From NCBI GenBank assembly GCA_025603075.1, contig MU626260.1, positions 124,001 to 188,000 of the forward strand: a DNA stretch of 64,000 nucleotides. Reading direction: 5' to 3'. The position numbers and the translations under genes were made by a program. This stretch comes from Neoconidiobolus thromboides FSU 785. Taxonomy: Eukaryota; Fungi; Entomophthoromycota. Shown piece by piece: positions 26,461 through 36,780 of this stretch. Each line of letters begins with the position of its first letter. The first letter of the stretch is position 1. The notes beneath the pieces are model-generated. The model worked only from the letters and a program-made list of their open reading frames with translations, made no database searches and was not told the origin of the DNA.

Positions 26461-28515
26461 TTAATTCCCACTAGTATAAGAAGGCATCAAATATTTAGGC
26501 ATACCAACAACAAATCATTGACTGTAAGTTGCCAAGAAAGTACCTTAGTTTCCTTTTTAGTTTCACTTTTACATAACCCTTCAAGCTCCGGATAAAGCGT
26601 ACCTCGACATAATGGGCATGAATTACTATAGTGAAGCAAGTTATTTTTCAACCGACTTTGACAAGCACTATGACCACAGCGGGTAGATATAGGTTCATAG
26701 ATGGTATCTTAGCAGATAGGACAGATAAATTCTACACACATAACTGTATCTAAAAACTCGGTCATTGCAGAGTGTTCCTTTTCCAATATCTTTTTCCAAG
26801 TTCTGAAATTTAAGAAATCTTTTCCAACTAAATCTAAAATTTGTTGATCTGGTTTATACAACGCAGCTTTTGGTTTAGTATCGGACTTTTGCTTTTTTGA
26901 CACTGGTTTTTCTTCATCCTCTTTTCCTCTTTTCCTCTGCCTTTCTTTTTTTTACTACTCGGTTTTTTAGTTGCTGCTTTACTATCCTTAATAACATCCC
27001 CACCTGAATCATACATAACTAAACCTAATTTTTCAATTTTTTTACCTTCTAGCTTCCAATGGATTGACTTAGAGCCATCTCTATGGAACTTGTATCTTCA
27101 AACAATAAACCATTGTTGTCCCGTTTCTGGCCAATAACAGACTAGTCTGTAGAGGTCATTATAGCATATTCCCTTAGCTAGTGCGAACTCTGAGAAATCT
27201 CCATTTAATTTGTAACTACGAGATACGCGAACTGGTGAACTTTTTTTCCAATATGGTGATATATCCGCGTTTTTAATGTTTATTGGCCACTTCATAGTGG
27301 TAGATAAGAGTAAGCTGGTGTATGTGAGTCCTTAATCGCTTGATTGTATAGCGGCACGTTTATTTCCAGAAAGATCTCTACTCCCGAACTTGTATAGTAA
27401 AAATGTTCATCAAAATCCTTGTCATACTCATAACCTCCGGCAAGGACAATTTGGTAAAGATAGCCTTTTCCTTAGCCATCAATTCCTGCTACATGTGGCT
27501 GAAACTGCTAATTCAGTAAATAAAGTATTGATATTGTATTACCGACGAACCCCATAGGTAAATGGGCTCGACAACAATAGCTAGACCCTATAGGCACATC
27601 AAGAATGGAACCTATATGATCCGACTTGACAATGGTACGTTTTTTTTATTAGCACTAGCATAACCCATCCCGTTATCCTACTGCCTTAATATCTGTTTTT
27701 TAACTTGACTTTTACCCTTTTGACCACCATTGAGAACAACATTTAGATAATTATAATAACTAAAGAAACACCTTTGAAATTCGATTAGAGTTTTAAAGGT
27801 AGACAAACCGAACTACTAGTTACCTTTTGGAATTTTTTCTAAAGGTTTGAGTAAACAAAAGATATGAAAGTAATATCGACATTCATCACAGATCAAAATC
27901 AATTCTTCACACAATTTTTTATCGCGCATATTGCATTCACCTTCTTTACAATCTGCTTCTGATGTATTGTTACATTTTTTGTAACCTTCACCTACTTGCG
28001 GAATAACTATCTCGTTATTATCTTTATCTACAGTAACAATGTTGCCTGCTTCATCAAAAAACATTGAGTTGTCTACTTGATATAAAGTAGGCTTCTTCTT
28101 TGGAACAGTGTTTCCATTAGTATCTTTGTTTTTATTATACAACTCCAATACCTCCTTTTCTACTTCGGTTTCTTCTATTGCTTCTACCTCTTTATTTTCC
28201 TCTATTTTTTTATCAACTACTTTTTCTGTCTTGATTTCTTCATTTGAATTTTAGTTGAAACTAAAATTGTGCCATTATCTCTGACATTATAACCATATAA
28301 AGTAAAGCCATCTTCAAGCTAGAAAGTTAATTAGCCAACTATTATTTAATATAGTATATCTTCTCATTACCTGTTTATCAAGGTAGATAAGGCGAAGAGC
28401 CACTTTCGGTTTTTAAAATTCCTTGGATATCAGCCCTTTAATCTTACTTACACTATTGTTTATTAAAGTTGAAAGATGCCTTTTCTCCGGTTAAAGTTTA
28501 TACTACGCAATACAT
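26461..28515 (-). pseudogene. UHRF1: Decayed UHRF1-like gene with UBL-PHD-SRA(YDG)-RING architecture and no tandem Tudor domain
   Basis: UBL (MYCVV*TLTGE...LRLIYLDKQ|LEDGFTLYGYNV), PHD (LILICDECRYYFHIFCLLKPL), SRA (HVAGIDG*...IVLAGGYEYD...RDLSGNKR...WKKSSPVRVSR...YWPETG...V*RY) and RING (CPIC*D...CGHSAC...CPLCR). At least 8 in-frame stops and at least 3 frameshifts. Confidence 0.9.
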
Positions 28516-28617
28516 GTTAACTATTGAGTATTAGGAAATTTTAATGTCAATTTTGAAAAATTTTAAATCATTGATCAATTTTGTTTTTTTGTGTAACTAA
28601 TCATTTAAGCTAAAAGT

Positions 28618-28646
28618 AAACGCGCTCTAGTGTACTTGGCGCGTTT
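28618..28646. promoter_or_regulatory. Inverted pair of CGCG elements (MCB/E2F-like G1/S sites) upstream of the UHRF1 pseudogene
   Basis: AAACGCGC-13 nt-GCGCGTTT, a perfect 8-bp inverted repeat about 100 bp upstream of the UHRF1 ATG in otherwise very AT-rich DNA. Confidence 0.45.
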
Positions 28647-29110
28647 CGAAGTGAGCTAGTAAACTTCAATGCTAATGTTCGGTTTTATTAAGTACATAAT
28701 AAATTTAAATCTATAGAGCATATTAAAAATTATATCTTTTATTTTAAATTTTTTAACAAATTTTATATAAATTGTATTTTAGTTTTAAACAAGCTTGTAA
28801 AGCTACAAATTTGTTTCTATATAAATAGCTTGACTATGTTTTTAACTATAAATTTTAAAAATATCTTAAAAGGTTTGAATAATTCGAGGTGATTTTTAGG
28901 AACTAATCAAATATTAAGTTTAGTCAACTAAAAAGTTATAAGTACTCAGTTTTATGAATTGTGAAGTAACAAAAGCAACTAAATTGTTAAAAAAATTAAG
29001 ATATAAGACATCTTCTGCTAAAAAATCTATTTACTTTCTAGTTTGTCTTACATAATTTAACTAAATGTATTTAAATAATCATCTTATAAAATTTTTATTG
29101 ACTATTTGCA

Positions 29111-30336
29111 TTAAGGTAGACGTCCAGACTGATTCCAAGCGACACAATCCTTAAACAAAACTTTATTTCCACCAAAAATATCCAGAGCACTATAGTATAG
29201 ATTAATGAAATTCAACATTTATTTATAAAAATGATTTACCTCCCAAAAGTCAAATCAATTTTACCATTTGATACTTTGTTTACTAATTCTAAATCCTTGA
29301 CACCTTAAATCAAATCTCAATAAAAATATATTTAAAAAACTAACTTCAATTTACTTGATGCTCCTCCAGCATATGTTGTAGGTATTGTAACCCATTTTGC
29401 TAACACTAAAAGGCATTAATTTCTTCCATTTAGTCAAATTATTTTACTTTCTATTAATTCAATATCTACTCCTTGGCATAAACCTTCTACATCAGCTGCA
29501 TGAATAAGGAATTCACTAATGTTGCATTATTACTATTTACATTTTGTCTTTTATGGCATTACCTGCAATAGTCTTCCAACTTCTGTAAATTGACTAAAAA
29601 AACTTAAATATAATTATATAAAAAACCAAATAAACTAACCCTGATTAATTTCCAAGTTTGTAATTGTTTGCCATTTGTTTATACATACAAACCAGGAATC
29701 TCTCACTTTTCGGCAGCTAAAAACTATATAAAACTATAGTTTAAAGCTATATTTACTAATTACCTCAAATCTACTACCAACTTATCCTTTCCGATTTTGT
29801 CACAAAGTGATTTTAATCGCTTATATGATAACTCTCCATTTTGAAATAACCAACTAGTTACTATTACCTATATAATACAAATGTCAAATTCCAATCATAA
29901 AACATTGAAATTGCTCTACCTTTGACGCTCCTTTTTCTAACCAATAGCTTGCATTATCTATTGTTATTCCTCCCCCTATCTGTATATGATCTAAAATCAT
30001 CTTTAACCAAAATATTTTTAAAGCATTAATTTTATATACTTACTCGACCACTCATTCAACGCTTCCAATGCAGCTTCGTCATTACCATTACCAAGCTTTA
30101 TCAGATGTGTACCAAGTAAATTTTCTTGCTTGTATATGCTGGCGAAATAGCTTGATGGTTTACTATTAACTGAATTAACATTGTATATTATAGTTCATAA
30201 TGATGAAATACTCGGCAACAAAATTCGTTCTTAACTCTTGGGAATCTTCTTTTAAAGTACCACCAATAATCTGCTTCACTTTGCCTTCATGTAAATCTAT
30301 GCATGGCCGAAATTTACTGTAGCTAGAAGTTGACAT
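29111..30336 (-). CDS. HIS6: ProFAR isomerase (HisA), eukaryotic type, multi-exon
   Basis: [63 protein letters not shown] and SALDIFGG. Confidence 0.93.
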
Positions 30337-30797
30337 TATTGTATAAAATGAATGCGGCCCACTTAGCTTGCTTTTGTTTTATAGAGTTTTTTTGAATTAG
30401 TCATTCTTACTCTGACATCACCTAAAATTTGGGATCTGTTCCTTAAAATTTTCTAAAATTGGAAAGTCAAATTTTATTTTTTTAAATTATAAGCTCATTA
30501 TTAAGTTTAATAAAAATAATACTGTAAACAAGGATAGACTTGGATTTTTCATCTTAGTACATCCATCTTTTAGAAAATACAAGTGTATTACTTGAGGTTA
30601 TTTAGAGTAGTAACTTATATGGTACTATAACGATGACCTATATTCCTCAGTTGTAAAAAAAGCTGCAATTTTTAAAAAAGATACTTAATCAGGAAAACTA
30701 TGCACAAAAAATACTCTAACGTTAATTTTGATTAAATTGAACCTTTTGAACATTTATTTTTAAATTAAATTAAATTATCTGATTCTAAATAACAAAA

Positions 30798-31106
30798 ATG
30801 TCAAGCTGGCCCCTTTGGATCGTAACTATTTTGGCTATTGGACTTGGATTTGCTCTGTATTTCTTTCCAGTAAAAGGCGTAGATCAAACGTAAGTTTTAA
30901 TAACAAAGCTATTTATTATTAAACTTAAATTTATCAGATTGTTCCGTACCATGTCTATAATGACCTTGGTTAGTATGTATTTGATGTAAGTTTTGTTTAA
31001 ATATTATTGAATTATTACTTATTAATTCAGGTGGTCTATAACTTATTTGGCCCAACTTCACCCACTTATTGCACCAAGAAGAGGCGACTTGAGAGAGGAG
31101 CTTTAG
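30798..31106 (+). CDS. VMA9: V-ATPase V0 subunit e (3 exons, ~71 aa)
   Basis: Two hydrophobic helices followed by YLMWSITYLAQLHPLIAPRR, the hallmark motif; missed by the ORF track. Confidence 0.9.
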
Positions 31107-32054
31107 TTAATGAATGACTTTAGAAAAGAAATAATCTAGGAACTTTTATATTCAGTAAACTCCATCCATTTTATATTTTAATTAAAGTTGTTTATTCAAT
31201 TGCTATTTTATTTCAAATAAATCTAATTGTTTTAGAACTCAGCGGAGAATTATCTTAGAATTAAATTAGAATTAACTTTTAACAAATTTATTTAATGGGA
31301 TAGATTATTGTTGGATGACACTCGATTATTATTTATCATCATTTATTATTTATTAATCTATAACGCGAATTTCAGCTTTAGTCAAAGATTAAGTTTATAA
31401 GGCTTTGAGATTGTTCTAATATAATTCAAATGTTTACAATATATTATACAAATAATTTTATAACTTTAAGTCCAAGCTTTATTCTGCAATATAACATTTG
31501 TTATTTTAGTTAGTGTGGCATCAAATTAAAAGATCAAATCAATAAACTTAAGAAAACGATTGTAACTTTCAATCCATATAAATTTCCACTTTATCATTAT
31601 GTTATTAACAATATTCACCAACATCAATAAAAGGTACTTGTTTATGTAAGTTGATTAAGTTGTATATGGGGTTAGTTTAAAAGCTCATTTAAATTTTGTT
31701 CAATTTGATTTTTAACAAAATCGCAAATTAAGCGCAAAGTGCTACAAAAATAAGTTGCTCTTTTGCTTGATTTTAGAATAACTCGTGTTGAAATGTTTTT
31801 TCGTTTGGTTTTGCTTAATAGTTTTTAATTTCCTACTACAAAAAATGGACAAAAAAGAGTGAATTAGAAATTTTTATTTTTAACTCCAACAGCTTTTAAA
31901 CTTAATCATATACTATCAACTCTTTATATGAAAATTAGAAGTAAAATTGTCTTGAAAAGCTACTCCCAAATCACTTTTCTTATATTGCTCAAATTTGTTC
32001 TAAATTCAATAAACAATGAAATAAATTTTAGTCTAAATTATATAAAAAACTTTA

Positions 32055-32157
32055 ATTTGGGGAGATGTATTTGTCTAAAAATTTTACTGGTAGCTTTTTA
32101 TTTAAATTGTGCTTAAAAAATGGAAAAAGTGATGAAATAAAAAAAACGTCCTCATTT
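32055..32157 (+). mobile_element. Degenerate copy of the ~107-bp MITE-like repeat
   Basis: tttggggagatgtattt...aattttact...gcttaaaaaatggaaaaagtgatgaaataaaaaaaacgtcctcat matches the family consensus. Confidence 0.6.
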
Positions 32158-32570
32158 GCTATTTTAAATTTAAATATTGTTAATTATTATTCTTCTAGTA
32201 ATGGTAAAAAATAATAAGAATATATTAAATACTTTTTAAAATAACTATTTATGACATCGGGGATAACATAACTTTCAATATATGCGATTAGGAAGCAAGG
32301 TTGATCCGAACATTCCTATTGTAACGATGTTCAATGTAATGTGGCTTATAAAAATTCTTCAAGAACTTTTAAATCCTATGTTAACCTTACTAACTTTTTC
32401 TGGCCAATAAAATGGATTGTAGATAAAATTATCTTACGATAAAAGTAAGTGGTTTGTTCAAATGTATAATTGGACGAGCTTTTAATTCTTTTTCCGACCT
32501 ATTAGTTCTGTATTCTATTATTCTCTATCTTTAATAGCATTACTTTGTATCTTTTTACTAAAAGGTTTGG

Positions 32571-32675
32571 CTCACTTTTATTTCATCACTTTGATCTTAT
32601 TGGTCAAAACGCGACTTGAATAGGATATTGTTTTGTAAAAATCGGAGTTGACAATAAATACAAAATAAAAGTGAG
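32571..32675. repeat. 105-bp segment bounded by a perfect 13-bp inverted repeat
   Basis: CTCACTTTTATTT (32571-32583) and AAATAAAAGTGAG (32663-32675). It also shares ttttatttcatcacttt with the repeat family. Confidence 0.5.
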
Positions 32676-32808
32676 AACGAAAGGCTAACAATAGCATTTT
32701 TAACCCAATTAACTTCAAATTTTGTAAATATAAGCTACATAATTTTTGTATATCATCACTTAATAGTACTTTTTTTTTAAAATAATCTAATTAAAATTAA
32801 AGTTGAGA

Positions 32809-32986
32809 GTGGGTGATTGCTTTTAATTAATTGGATTAAGTTTTTATGAGTGAAGCCTTAAAATTCCAAATAAGCAAATTTTGATTTGCTAAAATTTAAC
32901 ATCTAAATCAAACAAGATCAAATGGGAGAGTCAGTGGCCAATCAAATCCAATAAAATTCGAACAGGGTGATAGAAATAGTATAAAT
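32809..32986 (+). promoter_or_regulatory. Putative DHCR7 promoter with SRE-like sites, CCAAT boxes and a TATA box
   Basis: GTGGGTGAT at 32809-32817 (reverse complement ATCACCCAC), GGGTGAT at 32965-32971, CCAAT at 32830 (reverse), 32938 and 32948, TATAAAT at 32980. Confidence 0.35.
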
Positions 32987-33021
32987 GCTTTGAGTTTAAC
33001 ATTAAAAAGGTTGTTTTTAAA

Positions 33022-34557
33022 ATGGACACTGAAACTAAATCATTACTACCAAATCATAATACGGTTGGTACTAACTATACAGAGACTGGCTCAGTTAAAT
33101 CTAAAGCTACTCAGAGAACAGTAAGTAAACGCTCTGCCTCTGATGATAGTGGATCAGATGCTGGAACTTTCATTCCTGAAAATGATACCTGGGGTAGAGA
33201 AAAAAGTAAGATTATTTGGCTATAAATTTGTGATGAATTGACAATTTCTTTAGATGTTAGCTTTTTGAACATTTTATTCGTCGGGTTAGTCTTCTTCTTT
33301 TCACCATTTATCGTCATTTACTTTTGGATCTGCCTTGAACATTTTGAAGGATCCCTCTTTTATCCATTGATTGAAATTTACTATAGATACTCATTAGATA
33401 AATTAACGGTTGAATGGCTTACAGGATTACTTCCAGTCCCTACTCGAAAAGGCTTTTATCTTTATTTCGGTTGGTTAGCTTTCCATGGTTTAGCTTATCT
33501 TTATTTCCCAAGTAACATAGGTTATGGTCAAGAAACTCCAGCTGGTCATGTTCTTCCTTATAGAGTTAACGGATTCCGTATATGGATTTTGACTCATGCC
33601 TTATTCTTTATTTTCACTTTAGTATTCCCTGTCTTTGATGGTGCTATCATTGCTGAAAATTGGGGAGCCCTTTTAGTAGCAACAAATGTATACGGTTATT
33701 TCTTAACTTTCTTCTCTTATTACAAAGCCCAATATTTCCCAACCCATCCAGAAGATCGCAAATTTTCAGGCTCAAAACTTTATGATTTAGTCATGGGTAT
33801 TGAGTTAAATCCAAGACTTTTTGGTATAGATTTTAAATTATTCCATAATGGACGCCCAGGAATCACTGCATGGACTTTAATTAATATTTCTTTTGCTTAT
33901 GCCCAATACAAGAATTTAGGTTATGTTACTAACTCTTTAGTTGCACTTATTATTTTACATGGTATCTACGTAGTTGATTTCTTTTACAATGAAGATTGGT
34001 ATTTACGTACCATTGATATTGCTCATGATCATTTTGGTTATTACCTTGCTTGGGGTGACTCTGTATGGTTACCTTTCATGTATACTCTCCAATCCTTCTA
34101 CCTTTACCGTAACCCAATTGATCTTTCTATTCCTTTCTTCTGGGCTATTATGGGCTTAGGACTTGGAGGTTACTTTATTTTCCGTGAATGTAACAATCAA
34201 AAAGATATTATTAGAAAAGCAGGAGGTAAAGGGAAAATTTGGGGATATGAAGCCAATGTTATTACTGCCAAATATAAGACTAGCGATGGAGAAACTAGAG
34301 TATCGTATTTGTTAGCTTCAGGCTACTGGGGACTTGCACGTCACTTCAACTATTTTGGAGATTTAATGATGTGCCTTGCATTCTGTTTGACTTGCGGTCT
34401 TGACTCTTTGTTGCCTTACTTTTACTTCTTTTATATGATAGCCCTCTTAGTTCATCGTACAATGCGTGATCAAAACCGTTGTAAAGGAAAATATGGACCA
34501 TATTGGGATAAATATTGTGAGTTAGTACCATATAAGATCGTCCCATATATATTTTAA
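33022..34557 (+). CDS. DHCR7: 7-dehydrocholesterol (sterol delta-7) reductase, ERG4/ERG24 superfamily; 2 exons (intron 33206-33253)
   Basis: Delta-7-reductase-type motifs GQETPAG, MGIELNPR, DFKLFHNGRPG, VDFFYNEDWYLRTIDIAHDHFGYYLAWGDSVWLPFMYTLQ, GYWGLARHFNYFGD and RCKGKYG. Confidence 0.85.
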
Positions 34558-35252
34558 AGTAAGCATTTGAACCATATCATACTTTATCATCAGTTAAGAA
34601 TTAAAAATAGCTTAAATTAAGTACGCTTAAATTAATAAATAAAATTATATGCTTTTATTTGGCAATTAATACAGCGTCTCAGTTTTATTATAGTGTATTA
34701 TCTATAGTTGATAAGTGTTATTTTGAATTCTATTACTTTTACATCATAATTTATATGTTAAACGTAAGTATACAAATATTTAATATTATAAGGAGAAATT
34801 TAAGAGTGGTATTAACCTTATGTTTAAATACAAAATAAATAACGATGTTTAATCAAAAAGTAAGCTTTATACTATCAAATTCTTTTTAAAAATACATTAA
34901 TGATATATTCAAAAGTGAAAAAAAACTCAGCTATAAATAACTAAAGGCAACTATGGAACGTTTAATTCAATAATTGTTATTTTATAAATATTAGATTAAA
35001 ATATATACATCTATAAACTTTGATACCAAATAAAAATAACTTCACTTAATGTTAAAACATTGGGTATTAAGTTTATTACAAAATGAATATAGTGATTTCA
35101 ACAAAGTCTATTAAAATATTAAAACTATAAACTTGATAAAACCCTAAGAGCACATTTGATATACAGAAATAATAAAGAAAAAATACTACTAAGTGAAAAC
35201 GATCAAAAATCAAAAGTTTATTATTTTAAACTTAAAAAATAAAACTTTAAAT

Positions 35253-35837
35253 TTAACGATCATCAACCCAAGCATTTTCTCTACGATTCTTTTCTTCTTC
35301 TTCAGGCGTAAAATCATTTTCAATATTAAACGTCTGTCTAATTTGTTCTGGTGTTTTATTTTTTATCATATTTGCTATTATTTTACATGTCAAATCTAAT
35401 AGTGAACGAACATCTAAATAGTTAGCTGCCTATTGATTGTATATTTAAGTGAGGTTTTTCTATTATATTTATAATTATATAACTTACTAGTATTAAATCA
35501 TATAATGTTCCCTGGTCAACCTTACAAAATTCTTGGTCCCAAGCATCAATCTCATCTAAGTTATTATTACCTCCTTCCTCATACTGACTTATTGGCTCGT
35601 CTTTATGATGGGTACAATACTCAATAATTTTAGTTAAAATAGGGGCTGACACATTTGGTAATGGAATCTCTATTATAAAATAACTAAACGCTCTTCATTA
35701 AGAAAATAAGTCAAATTACCATAAGTATCACATGCTTCTACATCTTCAAGTATATTACGAATAAGTATACTACGGGTTATTATTTCTCTATCAACGCTAA
35801 ACTCGGTACCTTCAGATGACTTAAGTTTTATAATCAT
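35253..35837 (-). CDS. SKP1: SCF complex adaptor Skp1 (3 exons)
   Basis: [78 protein letters not shown]. Confidence 0.93.
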
Positions 35838-36780
35838 TTAATTGAATACAATAATTAATTTTGACCAAAATCTGCCTTTTTTTTCTTATCGTTACACCTT
35901 TTTTATTTTAACCAATAAATTTTATCATCAGTAATAAAGCAAATGTTATTGGTACTCATTTTCATAAGCACAAAGTGGTTGCGTTTTAAATTTTAGAGAT
36001 GGTTAAAAATAGGTTAAAAAATTAGTTGCTAAATAAATATTTTACTATTATTATTTACTAAAATTTATCTTGCTTTCCTACTTTTTGGGATGAGCTCTTG
36101 ATAAGCTTGCTTTTTATAATATAGTATAGTATGATATAACGTAATAGACTATATTACACATAAATAAAAGCTTCGTTATTGAAGCTTTCTGGTATATATT
36201 AAAACAAACTGGCTAGATAGTATAGATTTAATAAATATGGAGCCGAATAAGGCTATTCCCAATAATTATATAATACTAAACAATCAAAATGACTTGTAAC
36301 AATTATATTTGAACTAGCATCATTATTTAGTTGTTTTTTATTTTGTTATTCTTTTATTTTAAACTCAGTCTATTTTAATAAAATCGGTCGCTCTGGGTAA
36401 ATATTTCCAAACTTGCCCAAATATTAAAAAAACTGATCCAAATCACTATTTAACCAATGAAATTAGGCTTTGCATCCATAAAAAAATAATTAATGCCCAA
36501 TACTGACTTAATTTAAGTTTTACAACTTAGATCAATTGCAAATCAGGTAGGAATGATTCTAGATACTTGATTTTAATTTGCTGCTTTTAAGATAAAAGAA
36601 TATTAAGAAAATTAAGCTTGAATAATTTTAATTGAACAAAGGTTGAAAAGATTGATAGATAGAACTCGACAAACTACTAACTTAAGATTAAACTTCCCTT
36701 TTATTATCATTGAACGTAGAACCTGCATATTTATATAGTTTACAGACCTATTACTTTTACCTTTTATCACAGCTCCATCA

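Noticed and set aside
26461-28515. Stop-codon reassignment (TAA/TAG = Gln) or RNA editing rescuing the UHRF1-like gene
   Set aside because: Most other genes in the window end in TAA and lack internal stops. The locus also has frameshifts, a TGA, and damaging missense changes that recoding or A-to-I editing cannot fix.
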